A stretch of DNA of 63,668 bases, counting the filler, from Octopus bimaculoides (lineage: Eukaryota), in NCBI RefSeq assembly GCF_001194135.2. It is 4 parts of 4 records of this genome, joined end to end, with 100 filler letters (N's around TTAATTAATTAA, not from the genome) between each part and the next. Parts side by side here need not be neighbours in the genome. Positions count along the whole stretch, not along the records: positions 44,243 to 56,258 come from NC_068982.1; positions 56,359 to 63,668 come from NC_068991.1; 2 more parts are not named here. The stretch is one strand, 5' to 3'. Both the position numbers and the translations under genes were made by a program. Shown piece by piece: positions 44,351-58,775 of the stretch; the stretch's first letter is position 1, and each line of letters begins with the position of its first letter. The notes under the pieces are model-generated. The model saw nothing but the letters and a program-made list of their open reading frames with translations, ran no database searches and had not been told where the DNA came from.

Positions 44351-46199
44351 TTAAATCCATCTTACTTGGGGTTTAAAAATCTTATCCCTGTAGCCAAAAC
44401 ACAAAAAATCTCTCAGATATCAGGTTTTCTTAGAAATTGACATTCGATGCATGAGAGAATCCGACACTGCTGCCTTCTCTTGCACTTCTTGCTGTGAAGC
44501 CAAATTCATCCGGGACCCTTGAGAGCTAGAGATCTAATCCTGTTTTTTTTTTTTTATGTAGATGTGTGGATCTATGTGTATGTGTGTATGTAACTAAATA
44601 AAGACACACCATACCAACTGTGAAAAATGAATAAAACGACCTCAAATCAAAAGATTCACAAAGGTCATCTTTTGACAAGAACTCAACATTTTTGACCAAT
44701 CCTAAAAATATTCGAATTCTTTCTTTCTGATAGTCTAATCTCTTCTCCCTACCATCTTCAACTACTTTTTCTCTTCTTACCTTTCATCATTCTTCCTTCC
44801 TTTTTTCTTCTTCTTTTCTTCTTCATTCTTCTTTTCTTCTTCTTTCTTCTTTTCTTTCAAACATGCTGTTGGATTTACTTTTTGTATTTTTTATTATTTT
44901 TTTATCTTATTCTTTATATTAATTTTTTGTATTCTTTACTTTTTATTTTTTCTATCTTTTATTTCCTATTTTTATTTTTTATTTGTATACTTTTATATGT
45001 ATACTTTCTTCTTCTTTCTTCTTTTTTTCATACATACTGTTCTATTTACCTTTTGTATTCTTATTTTATTTTTTTATATATTGTGTTTATATTCTTTACT
45101 TATTATTTTTTTCTATCTTTTATTTCCTATTTTTTATATTTTATTTGTATACTTGTAAGAAAAATCTGTTGCTATATAAACAATCTTCTAAACCACAGAA
45201 TTTCAGTTTGAAAAAGGCTATCGAAAAGCTGGAAATTCATTAGAATAACTGGAAATATGATCATTAAAATAAAAATGACCCCACTCCCAAANNNNNNNNN
45301 NNNNNNNNNNNNNNNNNNNNNNNNNNNNNNNNNNNNNNNNNNNNNNNNNNNNNNNNNNNNNNNNNNNNNNNNNNNNNNNNNNNNNNNNNNNNNNNNNNNN
45401 NNNNNNNNNNNNNNNNNNNNNNNNNNNNNNNNNNNNNNNNNNNNNNNNNNNNNNNNNNNNNNNNNNNNNNNNNNNNNNNNNNNNNNNNNNNNNNNNNNNN
45501 TATATATACATATATATGTACATATACGTATGTATATATGCATATGTATATATATTATTTATATTATTATATGATCGAACGCCACGCATCCTCTTCCGAG
45601 TAAATTTTATCTTAATAATTCTTATTCGCACTCTACTATCTTTTTACTCTTTCGTTTTTCTCGCTTTCTCTGTCTTATTCTTTTACCTCCTCCTCTCCCA
45701 TTATTCAATCCTATTACTCTTTCGTTTTTCTCTCTCTTATTCTTCTACCTCCCCTTTTCCCCCTCCTGCTTTTTCTCACTTAGCCTATCTCCAATTTTTT
45801 CCTCTACCCTTCATAGTTCTCTGTCTGTCACTCTCTCTCTCCCTCACTCTTCCTCCCTTGCTCACGTGCCTCCCACGTGATCATCTGCCATTTTTCTTTT
45901 CCTAACTTGTGTTTCTTTCTTTCTCTCTGTTGTAGCTGGATCATGGAAGACGTGTTCTTGTCTGTCTCCTGCCCATGCTTGATTTACGCGTTCGCCACCA
46001 CAACCTGGATTAGGTTTAACAGCCCTTCCTGTTTGTTTTCACTGTCCTGTTTGCACAGGCCGACATAAGGCGCTGACAGCCCCTACCGACAACTCAATCT
46101 GCGTTCAGTGAAGAGTTGGAGATCTAGGATCTAATTAACATTTGTCTTCATTGGTGTGAATCCCTCTGTTTAGGATAATCAGACCTATATGTATTGCAG

Positions 46200-47130
46200 T
46201 AGTGGTGATCAGCTTTATCTTTGCAGAGTGGAATAATTTTGCACCTCTTTCAGTCAGGCGGTATCATACCGCTGCTCAAGACTGAGCAGAGGATTTGCCA
46301 CATTAACAAGACTGTAACATACCTATCTTTCTTCACCATCTCCCCGTAGATGCTAGAAATACCAGCTGCGTCCCACCCTTGTATGAGCCGACTGGTATCG
46401 CGGTATTTAGAGCAGTACCAGATGGGTCCACTAAGCAATTTCTCAAAATACAATGACCAGCGAGCCCACCTTGGGATTCTCCACCAGGAAAACTCCCTCA
46501 GTGTGTAAGCTTTCAGGACACCGAGGGGAAGGCTTTGTTCCCTTATATATGGTGATTCCTCTGTAGGACGTGAGCTATAAATGTGAAGTCGACTCTCGGC
46601 TATCCCGTTGATTTCTTGAACCTACTTACCAGATTTCAGTGGTCTGACTACCCCATGTCCCAGCCGTCGAAGCAAATCACTAATGGGAGGTTCTCTCCCG
46701 AGAAACGATTCGTGACCCGTTACTGGAAACCAATACACCACCCAGCATTCACATCAGATTGTGTCCGTAAATTTCCCACATTCCCAAAGGCCCAGTGGAG
46801 GAACCAGCCCACGAGGTAGCACAAATCCAAACTGCTGCGAATGAGTCTTGTTGACACTTATCTTTGAGATGGCAACATCTATTCTAGGACTGGCCGCCTC
46901 CAGTCTCAGTGTCAATTTAGCGACAACAAGACTATGGTTCGTACCCATGAAACTAGCACTGAAAATCTTTGTAGATCTGCAGGACTCTCATCGCCAAATT
47001 GGGAAAACCCCGGAGGAAATGTTGGGTTGGAAGGTTTGGGCCCGTGTGGTGCAAAGGTGTCATCCACCAGGAGTAGTGAACCTCGATTCAACCTGGGTAG
47101 GCCTATTCGGGTGGAGATAGGAATGGTTCT
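46200..47130 (-). mobile_element. Decayed RTE-like LINE fragment (end of APE endonuclease + linker)
   Basis: SCRSTKIFSASFMGTNHSLVVAKLTLRL (GSDH.LVVA.L motif) and WARWSLYFEKLL (RW.EYFE.L motif), with stops. Confidence 0.65.
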
Positions 47131-48639
47131 CATCTGTTCCGTTATTCTTTATTTCCTCCAACCCCAAGGAAATTTTCTCGCTACCTCGTTTGATATTTTC
47201 TCCCTTTGCAGACATCTCATAGTTTACTTTTACTTCAATTACATGAAATATCAGTTATATATGGCACCAGCTCGACGTGCAGTGTTTCCTCTAAACAAAT
47301 CAAACAAATGAAAAGAAAATTCAAATTCTAAATTAAAACTTTCGGAATGACTTAATCTCGTTTTGGATTTTGTTTGCGCCGGCAATATTATCTAAATATT
47401 TATTTCGAAATTAAAAAAAAAAGAACTCCGTCATATTAGAAGTTATTGAAAATGCAAAAATATAAAGATTTATTTAACGAAAATAATAAAAGGAAACATG
47501 TTCAAATTTCTTAATGAGATTCATTTTCAGATTAAAATAACTCATGACAGTCTCTGAATCTGACATTGTCTTTTAAAAAGATCTGCCTTCGGATATGCAA
47601 ATAGACATTCCACCTAAACAGTTGCTATTCTGGAACTAACGTTTTAAATAGTTGATATCTTGAGGAATATGTTATTGATAGTACGAAAATGTGCTGCCTA
47701 CTTCACACTTTCTAAACAGAGGGTAAAGGTAAACATTGAAATGTATTTATTATGTATAAATCTAATTTAGAACAGAAATAAACGAGGTATTTTCTGTTGT
47801 TTTTTTCTTTTTTAAATTACGATGTTTCAATGTCAGAGTATTGTTAACCCGTGTGGAATGTCGATGCCTGCGTCCAGAAACATCCGAGGCATATCTGAAG
47901 ATAGTGGTCATTACAGGAAACTCAAGTGATTGGAACGTTGCATTTTCAAAGAGAATAAAAAAAAGGTAATTCGTCGTATAATAGATTAAAACGAATAAAT
48001 TCGTCTGTCTGTCTATCTTATCTATCTATCTCTATACGTACACACACACATATGTGTGCGCACTCCTGTCTGCGCGCGCGTACGTGTGCTGACGACAACA
48101 TAACGAAAATCAGAAATACTGAAATAAATTTAAATATTTGGAAACCTCTCACTGGATGTACCCCGCTAAATCGATAAAATAAGTATTTATCTTATATTTA
48201 CGAGACATTATTTTCAATAATCAATACGGTAGTTCTTTTACTATTTTCAGCACAATATTTAGTCTGCGCGTGCTGAAGCTTTCATTGTAAACATTTACAC
48301 TTACAGGGAACGTAGTTGAATCTTAGATTGCGTACACAAATTCTCCCTGGTTGTAGTTGTGGTGGGTTAATTTGTTCCAAGATATCGTCGATCGACAAGA
48401 TATAGATTTAAATCCATTTAAGTAGGATCTTCGAATTGTATTTCCAGACGATGGGCATTCAAGTTGTAAGGATAAACCTTATGATATTTTTATGTGCATT
48501 GAAACAGGCGCAGGGTTGGTTGTGTGGTAAAAAGGTTTAATTTTATATGAAAATTGTGGAAGCAGTTTGTTCATTTTAAGTGAATAGTTTGCCTCATTTA
48601 TTGTGAGAATTATTGTTTTGGGTGTAGATCGCCTTCAAA

Positions 48640-49600
48640 AACAAAACCAGTTGAACTTCAGAATTAATTTTTGTAAAATTTGTGGAAGCTTGTTCCAGTC
48701 GCTGTGTTCCGGTTTCGATTTGCCTCGTCAAGATTCCTGAGTACATTGTGGCCGGAGAATTTTTGTAAATAATTTGTTCACTTTTAGTGAATAGTTGTAG
48801 AAATTGTTCCAGTTTGTTCCAGTCGCATTATTCCGGTTTCAAGTTGGATTGAGAACAGGCCAGGGTTACCTAGTGGCCGGAATAATTGTGTTTGCTGTGT
48901 TTTTTTTTTTTTGAACTGTGAACTGTTTCTTTCTTTCTGCTATCTTTTTTTTTTTTATTTGAACTGTTTTTTTCTTCGAATCCCTTTTTTGGGATTTTTT
49001 CTTGAACTGTTTTCTGTTGTATTTTGTTTTTTTTTTCTTTCTTTTTTTTCTCTTCTTTCTTTTTTTGACTTCCTTTTTCTTTTGAACTTTTTGAACTAAA
49101 AAAAAAAGCATGGCGAAAAAGGACACTATCTTGGAGTGGGAGATTGTGCCACCCAAGAAGTGATTAGAAAACTTTGAAAAGAGGACGGTGGCGCTGAGAA
49201 CATATTCCAAGTCGCTGAGCACCATCACCCTCTTCGCGAAGAGTATAATAGAAAAAGAGTTGGCAGAATATCTGCCAACTATTAAGTTCATATCTCGGAG
49301 AGTCAAGTACGCAACGGTGTGGTTGCTGCTCGTAAATTGGCGAGCGAGCCCTTAGAGGGCCGTGATATTTTGTTCCTCCCCACATATTGTGGGAAGAAAT
49401 TGACGAGAGCCTGAATTTGTAGGCTGCCACCCGCGTAGATAGGAGAAACTTTCCGCTTGGGGTCTGGGTAGCAGCAAAGCCAGGCTCTTAAATGTCAACA
49501 TGTTGCCGGTAGCTGATTGGGTCGGGTCGAGGGCTGTGTTGACCCCAATATGGGTGCGGTCATATGACAGAAAACAAGTTGAACATACACGAGAGAAATA
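48640..49600 (+). mobile_element. Probable LINE 5'UTR + decayed ORF1
   Basis: T-rich leader with a duplicated ttgttccagtcgc...ttccggtttc motif, ATG at 49110: MAKKDTILEWEIVPPKK*LENFEKRTVALRTYSK...LPTIKFISRRVK, frameshift to RKLASEPLEGRDILFLPTYCGKKLTR; family assignment is inference. Confidence 0.45.
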
Positions 49601-50759
49601 GTTGGGAGCGTTTTCAGAGGATGCTGAACTGTTAGTGGCCCTTCAGGCGATTGTCATTTGAGCAACGAAGACTATAATATACAGCTACATGTATAATGAC
49701 GTTCAGGTTTCATTCGCATAAACGTTTCCGTCAGACTGAAGGATCCGACAGTGGAACAAAAGTCAAGGCTTTATTGTTCTGTTGTGTTTTTAAGTAATCT
49801 TTGATTGAATTTCTAAACGGTGGCAAAAAAATAAGAAGGTAAAACAAGAAATGAAAAATAGAGCATAGTCTTTTATCTTTATGCGTTTTAGTTGTTAGAC
49901 TATGGACATGATGGAGCAATGCCTGAAATGATTTTTGTCCGCCGAAACGACTTCGGTACTTATTTTTTAAGGAAACGTAAACACACCAACGCCGGTTGTC
50001 AAGCGGTGGTCACACACACATACACACACACACACACACCCACACACACACACACACACGCACACACACATACACACACACGCACACACACATACACACA
50101 CGCACACACACACACAATCCCACACACACTCTCACTCACGCACGCACGCACACACACACTCGCACACATACATACAGACATACATATACATGTATAGGGC
50201 AGACGTCTGGTCTGTCCGAGGCTATAGTAGAAAACACTTGATTTCGGTGTGACGCAGTAGGGCTGAACCCAGAACTGTGCGGTTGAGAAGCAAACTCCTT
50301 CCAACACAGTCACGCTTGCACTTATAGACTTTAAACAAGATCTCTTTTTTTCACTTTCTAGGCGTTATTCAGTATGACGTTTTACATTACTAAGCCGTCA
50401 TGTAAATAAATGCCTCGATTGTGTCACGAAGGGCAGCATATGATTAAAATGAAGAAGATGGGGGCAAACAAAAATTCGACCAAAACGAAAAAGTCAAAAG
50501 CAAAATTGAATGATGTAAGAAGACACGTTTTATTTCTTTGAATAGGCTTACAACAAATAAAGTTTGTTTGGATTTGTTGAATAAAAGTAAAAACTGAATT
50601 ATGCTTGAAGTTTACACTCCTTTCTAAAGTCCAGAGAGCTTGCAACAAAACCTAGACAGGAAATAAGATACATACAGATAAAGAAAATAACAGAAATGAT
50701 TACATTTTCGAAGGTGTACATAAATACATACATACATACATACATACAAAGAAATAAGA

Positions 50760-51292
50760 ATCCACAGTATGGTAGAGGCCATAGTCACTCATGATAAAAC
50801 GGAGTACTATTGGAATACCCCAGTGAAAACCTCAGTAAAATATAAACACAAGAGACCTGATATAATAATTTGGGATAGAGAAGAGAAACTGTGTACAGTT
50901 GTGGAAATTATCTGCCCAGTGGAAGTTAGCATAAAGCTGAAGATCAGGGGAAAAGACAATACCTACGCTGATCTATTGAGAAATCTGCAGTTACTCTACC
51001 CAGATTACAAGTTCAGGTTTATACCTGTAATTATTAGGACCCAGGTATATGTAACATACTGCCTAAATATCAATCTTGAGAAATTAGGCTTCTCAAAACC
51101 AGAAAGGAAAAAGCTAATTCGTAGACTACAGATGCAATCCATCACTGGAACTGTAAAAGTCTGTCAAACTTTCTAGAAGTTTATCATTTAAATATATATG
51201 AGTATGTCTAGATATGCAACTATAGGCATGAGAATACATACATAAAACAAAACGTACAAATCTGCATGTATACATACATACATACATACATA
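50760..51292 (+). mobile_element. 5'-truncated RLE LINE 3' end of a second family, bounded by (TACA)n
   Basis: YWNTPVKTSVKYKHKRPDIIIWDREEKLCTVVEIICP...KDNTYADLLRNLQLLYPDYKFRFIPVII...LQMQSITGTVKVCQTF*. Confidence 0.85.
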
Positions 51293-53741
51293 TAAATNNN
51301 NNNNNNNAAACAAAACGTACAAATCTGCATGTATACATACATACATACATACATATAAATAAGCATATATGTGTGTATGTATTTATTTGTAATATATATA
51401 TATGTATGTAGGTATATTGCAAATATATATATATATATATAATTCAAAAAATTCCAACTCTGTCTGTTTTTTATGTTTTATTTATATTCTTATAAAATTA
51501 ATGTGGGATATAGAATATGGAATAAATAGTGTATATAGTAAAAGGAAATGAAGTATTGAATGTCTTATTGAATAAATGAAATATTGAATATTAAATATAT
51601 AAGGACTAGTATACTTTCCTGCTTTCTAGGAACCTTCAAGGTCCCGTTGGGAAAAGATACTTTGACAGGAGATCTAGGAAAAAGGGGGACATAATAAAGT
51701 AGTGGTGATCCCAAAATGAAGGTGTGCATGCGTGTGAGTATGTGAGAGTGTGTAAGTGTGTGTGTGTGTGTGGATAGGGGCTAGTGACTTTGACGTGTGG
51801 ATGTGTGCGTGTGTAAGTGTGTGTGTCTATAATGTGTGGGTGTGCGGACGATGTTGTGTGAGTGTGCAGGTAATGGTGTGTGGAGTGGGTGCTGTGAAGT
51901 GGTCAGTGCTAGTGTGTGTGAAGTGGAATAGGGTCGTTTGATGTAGTGGTGTGGTGTGAGTGGTGGAATGGGGATGTGGGGATGTGAGGGTGGAGTGTGG
52001 GTGTGGAGGCGGATTTAATAAGGTTATGTTAGCGAGAAATAAGACTGTTTTTACTGTGTAATTATACTGAATTTAATTGATATAAATAGGAAATATACAT
52101 AGTAGATATGACACCTCCACACCCACAGTTTACACACGTAGAGTAGAATAGTTAGTGGGCTGTTATGTAGATAGATGCATGTATGTGCGTGTGTGTGTGG
52201 CGGGGTATATATGTGTATATGCATATGTATGTAAGCATTTGGATATGAAAATAAACAGATCAACATACAGACGGATAGGCACATAGGTTATATGAACAGA
52301 CAAGCACACATACGCAAATGGAGACTGAAACACATGACCATAAATACCACACACGCTTTACTTCACACAAGGACACATATGNNNNNNNNNNAATACCACA
52401 CACGCTTTACTTCACACAAGGACACATATGGAGACACGTGTCTACACATATGGAGTTGCACATCCATACATACAAACATGGTACATAGTTGTAAAACACA
52501 CACACACACACACACACAGATGCATACATATACAAGGAGACACAAGGAGACAGAGGTACATACATATACAAACACACACTCACACACACACATATACATA
52601 AAAATACACAAACACGGACATGCAAGCACATGAATATGCAGAATACATACATGCAGATGCACACACATACATATATACATATGCATAAACACACATATAT
52701 ACATACACACACATGAATTCATACATACATATATACATATGCATACACACACATATACATACACACACATGCATTTATACATGCATACATACATACATAC
52801 TTACATACATGCATGCATAGGCATACACACACTGACCCACGCACATGCGCACAAACAAACAAAAAGGAACGCAGTGTAAATAACGGACAGAGTCAAGACT
52901 CTTGAAAAGCTTTGCAAGACGCAAAGAAAATTTTAGGAAAATAAAAATAAGAAATAAGTGGAAATTTTACCGGTGAGTGTGTTAAATTATAAGGTACAAA
53001 AAGAAAATGACTCTCCCCAGACACAACAGAATTGATATAAATATTGTTTTCAAATTTTGACACGAGGCCAGCAAATTCTGGTGATGGGGTAACTTTAATT
53101 GATCCCATCCCCGCTATCCGAAGGGATGATAGCTAAACTCAATCCGAACCCAGAATAAGTAAGCACTTTGTCCAGCCTACAAACAGCACTGCTAGTTCGC
53201 CGTCTACTTGTAATTAATCAAATATTCTTTTCTACTCAAGGCCCGACATTTTTGATGAGGGGACCAGGCGATTAGATAGACCCCAGTACGCAATTTATCG
53301 ACCCCGAAAGGATGAAAGGCAAAGTCGACCTCGGCGGAATTTGAACTCAGAACGTGAATAATTAATTAAATATTAAAAGAACAGAGACAATTTAGATTTT
53401 CTTCTTTCTCTTTATGCATATTTATGTGGCTCATTATGACATACTCTCCTTTCTCGCTGTCAACTTACACACTGGTATTTTATGATTTAAATGAGAGCAA
53501 CAACAGACGATGTCTTTCAGTGTGAAGAGCTTCAGTGACTTGCAAAGTTCACACTGATCTCCTGACTATGCAGACTAACGAAACTCGATTGACAAGTGTT
53601 TGCAGATGTTTATTTATTTGACCATTTAGACTTACTAGTAAATAGCTGAAAGGTCACGCAAAATCCATTATCACATATTTTCCCTGGCGAGTAACCTGTT
53701 TCATTTCTGCTCGGAGTGGCACGTTAAGTATACATACATGC

Positions 53742-53818
<77 letters not shown>

Positions 53819-53863
53819 ATATTACATATACACATATATATGTATATATATACACACATACAA

Positions 53864-53902
<39 letters not shown>

Positions 53903-54297
53903 CGCACACACATCAACCTGTAATATAATGTATTGAGACGGAATATGTATGTTTAGATAAATTTCGAATAACGTCACGTTTACAATAAGCAAGCATTTAG
54001 TCATATTCACAGTAAACAGATCAGTTTCTGAGAATCCTCTGAAGATTCTCACTGGAGAACGTTCCTGCAAGAGATCCAGTTGTTTCCAATTCGGTGTTTT
54101 GTCGTCTATTCCAGGTTGAAGAATTCGAGCTTCAATGATAGAGATAGCGAGGAGGGGTGGGAGATATGTACAGAAAGGGATTCGAGAGCTATATATAGAA
54201 AATATGATCAGTGACATTGCGACCTCGTTTTCTTTTTTATGTCAATAGAATTGCTGCAAGAACGATATACAGCGTGTCATCGGTATTCATTTGTCTT

Positions 54298-54612
54298 ACC
54301 TGCTCATTTTTCTTACCTATTCATTTTTTTTACCTGTTCATTTTTCTCCCCTGTTCACTTCTCTTACCTATTCATTTCTCTTGTCTGTTCATTTCCCTTA
54401 CCTGTTAATTTCTCATGTCTGTTCATTTCGCTTGTCTGTTCATTTCTCTTGTCTGTTCATTTCTCTTACCTCTTCGTTTCTCTTGTCTGTTCATTCCTCT
54501 TGTCTGTTCATTTCTCTTACCCGTTCATTTCTCAGGTTTGTTAATTTGTTTTGTCTGTTCATTTCATTTGTTTGTACATTTCTCTTGTCTGTTCATTTCT
54601 CCTATCTGTTCG
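54298..54612. repeat. 17-bp minisatellite, about 19 units
   Basis: Consensus (g/a)(t/c)ctgttcatttctctt; explains the stop-free ORFs 54239-54809. Confidence 0.9.
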
Positions 54613-54987
54613 TATCGATCTACAAAATGGATTGTATTAGGCGGTTTCTTGTATATATATCTCAGATTTCGTATGTTATAATTCTTAATTTTATTCTGTT
54701 CTATGCGCACAAAAGTGCAATGAATCTTAATATCCTTTGGATCAAATGGATTTGTCCTGTAAAAATGCAAATAGCTTCCAGCTACATATTTCTTTGTTGT
54801 GCTATATAATCATGCACACACCTAGCAACATGCGCATACACACACACGTACCCGCACCGTGTGTATATGTACACCCTACCACGCAAATGAAGACATATGG
54901 AATATGTATAATTATATAATGCACACATGCATATATATATATATATACATATGTGAACACACACACACACACACACACACACGCACG

Positions 54988-55086
<99 letters not shown>

Positions 55087-55158
55087 ATTATATATATTTA
55101 TACACACACACATACACACGCAGATATATATATATGCACACGTACACACATACATGTA

Positions 55159-55454
55159 CAAGGTGCGATGGGTAAATTTTCGCGGTTATATATTTTTAAT
55201 ATTGCGCACGCACATTGTTATTGTTTGATATTGTCGACTACACATTAGAGTAGGGTCAGTTGGGCACCGTCTGTGAGAAAAATACCACCATGACGTTATT
55301 CACATCTCCAGAAATTTAGAAATTACATGCTGTACTGCTTAGCATTGGCGACAGAAGCTCGAAGACGAACATATCTGTAAAAATATCTGTTAAAATGAGA
55401 TGTATTATTTTCATTTTTGGTTAATTTAGACGGCAATATATTCACCGCACCTTG
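55159..55454. mobile_element. Tc1/mariner-type MITE, TA-flanked
   Basis: TA|CAAGGTGCGATGGGTAAATT ... AATATATTCACCGCACCTTG|TA; 296 bp, inside a (TA/CA)n tract. Confidence 0.8.
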
Positions 55455-55469
55455 TATATACATACATAG

Positions 55470-55509
<40 letters not shown>

Positions 55510-56220
55510 GCACAGGCATACACTCACACACGCCTATATATATATACATGCATACACACACACAATGTAACGTTTGATTGCATGTGTCTATGTGTGTATT
55601 AAGTTCTTTCGTAATTTTAGCACACACAACACACACACAGAGTCACACACGCACAGACAAACGAACAGACACATCCATTTCTATCTACAATAACGTGATA
55701 TATCCAAGGTATCCTTTTACATCTAATTACAGGGGTGATATTTACGATTCAATGAATGTTAAATAATATTGCTGCTTTTCAACAGACTAATGATCATGCG
55801 TTTCCTCTCTTCCTCTTTCAATGCCAATTTTTTTAAACAAGCATTTTGTCTTTCTTTGCAATTTGACGGTAAATTACTCATAACATGCGTAACATAGAAA
55901 GCTAACATATCCGGCAAATGTTCCTACGTAATTATTTCCTCGGTAAGTAAAGTAATAATTGGCATTCTGCGGTTGCAGTAACAACAGAAGCGTCTGTATG
56001 AATAACTGTTTCTAAAAACTAGTTAGTAGATCGGGAATAGTGTCTCTTCTAAGCAAAAGCATTGCATTCCGCTATATATAAATATTAAATGACTTATATA
56101 TTGCTGCTAGACAATAAATGCATCAAAATATAAAGCTGACCGGTTTCACTTACACTAATAAAAGTGATCTCAGCACCCACACACGCTTATTACACAGGTG
56201 GATCGTTAGAATTAACAGCA

Positions 56221-56258
<38 letters not shown>

Positions 56259-56358
56259 NNNNNNNNNNNNNNNNNNNNNNNNNNNNNNNNNNNNNNNNNN
56301 NNTTAATTAATTAANNNNNNNNNNNNNNNNNNNNNNNNNNNNNNNNNNNNNNNNNNNN
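56259..56358. other. Artificial assembly linker
   Basis: 44N-TTAATTAATTAA-44N. Confidence 0.97.
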
Positions 56359-58268
56359 GTTGCTTTCCTTTCTGATATACTTATTTTTTCATTTATTGTT
56401 GCATTTAAGCCGAGTGATAGGCATCGATCGATCAGTAAATAAATAAATATGTTGATAAAACTGGTTTGATGCTTTGCCAATTTTGCGAAAAGTCCACTTA
56501 ATGGCAGATTGGGGAGGCAGAGTAGTGGAAGTCTTGTTATTGTTGGTGATGATGACGTTCATGCAGTTTGGTATGATGTCTGTGACGATAGAGGTATAGG
56601 GCAGTCAATGGCGTCGAAATCGATGATGTGTTGTAGTTGTAGTAGCGGTGGTGGTGTGATATATTCCTTAGTTTTCTATCACCGTCCTCCTTTCTTTCTT
56701 CTTGTCAACTTTCCTTCCTTTCTTCATTTTTCGTTTCACTTACATTACTGCCACCTACCGGCCACCAACCGCAATCATCGTTGTTCGCCGTTGCCTTAAC
56801 GCAGTATAACGGATGTCACTCTACCAACGCGATATTTATTTAAGTTAGATTGTTCAATGCAATTATGAAGATAGACGAGAGCAGAGATTAGCTGTATATA
56901 ACCTGAATTCTTCTTCTTCTTCTTCTTCTTCTTCTTCTTCTTCTTCTTCTTCTTTCAAGAAGGTTTTGGGCTACTGAAAGTTTTTTTTTCCTTTTTCATA
57001 TTCCATGTCTGCCATTGGAAAGCAAACAATTGCAACTCATTTCCAAGCAATCATGATCAACAGAATCATTATAATCATGATCATAATTCTTGTTTTTGCT
57101 CGTATGTGTTNNNNNNNNNNNNNNNNNNNNNNNNNNNNNNNNNNNNNNNNNNNNNNNNNNNNNNNNNNNNNNNNNNNNNNNNNNNNNNNNNNNNNNNNNN
57201 NNNNNNNNNNNNNNNNNNNNNNNNNNNNNNNNNNNNNNNNNNNNNNNNNNNNNNNNNNNNNNNNNNNNNNNNNNNNNNNNNNNNNNNNNNNNNNNNNNNN
57301 NNNNNNNNNNNNNNNNNNNNNNNNNNNNNNNNNNNNNNNNNNNNNNNNNNNNNNNNNNNNNNNNNNNNNNNNNNNNNNNNNNNNNNNNNNNNNNNNNNNN
57401 NNNNNNNNNNNNNNNNNNNNNNNNNNNNNNNNNNNNNNNNNNNNNNNNNNNNNNNNNNNNNNNNNNNNNNNNNNNNNNNNNNNNNNNNNNNNNNNNNNNN
57501 NNNNNNNNNNNNNNNNNNNNNNNNNNNNNNNNNNNNNNNNNNNNNNNNNNNNNNNNNNNNNNNNNNNNNNNNNNNNNNNNNNNNNNNNNNNNNNNNNNNN
57601 NNNNNNNNNNNNNNNNNNNNNNNNNNNNNNNNNNNNNNNNNNNNNNNNNNNNNNNNNNNNNNNNNNNNNNNNNNNNNNNNNNNNNNNNNNNNNNNNNNNN
57701 NNNNNNNNNNNNNNNNNNNNNNNNNNNNNNNNNNNNNNNNNNNNNNNNNNNNNNNNNNNNNNNNNNNNNNNNNNNNNNNNNNNNNNNNNNNNNNNNNNNN
57801 NNNNNNNNNNNNNNNNNNNTATATATGTCATCTGAAAGACACGATTTCAGAGATACATTTTCTGTTTTTGTTTTTGTTGTTTTTGTTTTTTTATTTAATA
57901 TCAGAAAGAAAATGTGGCACATCTTAAAAAGACTTGAAAGCTTTGCTGGAATATAAATATGTCAAAACAAATAGATTCTCAGAAAGAAAGATACTGGCAA
58001 GATTCTTTGATGTTAGAACTGTAAATTCCCGGAACTTTCACATGTTTGTACTAATAGGTAACCCCGCTGATATTTTGTTAAAGAACTGCCTGTGTGTCAC
58101 TCCAATGTGAAGCAATTACAAACGGAATGATGTAGAAAATGTGTTTTTCCCCTCCTAATGCACTGTAATAGATTTAAGTTAGTAGCAAAATCAGTCTCAC
58201 AGTTTTCAACTTGTTTTCTAAATATATTTACAGTTAATTTTATGATATTGCTTTGTTAATTATTAAAA

Positions 58269-58299
<31 letters not shown>

Positions 58300-58344
58300 G
58301 TTATTATTGTTGTTGTTGTTGTTGTTGTTGTTTTTGTTATTGTT

Positions 58345-58775
58345 AAGGCGTCGAAGTGGCAGAATCTTTAGCATACCTGGCAAAATGCTTCGCGGCATTT
58401 CGTCCGTCTTTACGTTCTGAGTTGAGATTCCGCCTTGTTTGATTTTGCCTTTCATCTTTTCGGGATCGATAAATAAAGTATCAGTTGAGTACTGGGGTCC
58501 CCCACTCCCTCAAAATTTTGGGCCTTGTGCCTAGAGTAGAAAAGATTATTGTTGGGGTGACGAGCTGTCAGAATCGTTAGCACGCCGGGCGAAATGCTTA
58601 GCAGTATTCCGCCTTCCGCTACGTTCTGAGTTCAAATTCCGCCGAGGTCGATTTTGCCTTTCATCCTTTCGGGGTCGATAAATTAAGTACCAGTGAAACA
58701 CTGGAGTCGATGTAACTGACTTACTCCTCCCCATCAAATTTCAGGCCTTCTGTCTCTAGTAGAAAGAAGTGTTAT
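58345..58775 (+). mobile_element. Two family A SINEs head-to-tail
   Basis: First copy follows an (ATT)n/(GTT)n tract and ends gtagaaaagattattgtt; the second starts at about 58552. Confidence 0.8.

Noticed and set aside
44880-45160. Duplicated T-rich block and hydrophobic ORFs
   Set aside because: Low-complexity local duplication; the F/L/I/Y-rich translations are compositional artefacts.
51245-51360. 53-bp direct repeat
   Set aside because: The identical copies flank a 10-N gap, which indicates a contig-overlap artefact.
52343-52430. 39-bp direct repeat
   Set aside because: The identical copies flank a 10-N gap; same assembly artefact.
53822-54217. 131-aa minus-strand ORF
   Set aside because: No recognisable domain or credible splice sites, and it ends in microsatellite.
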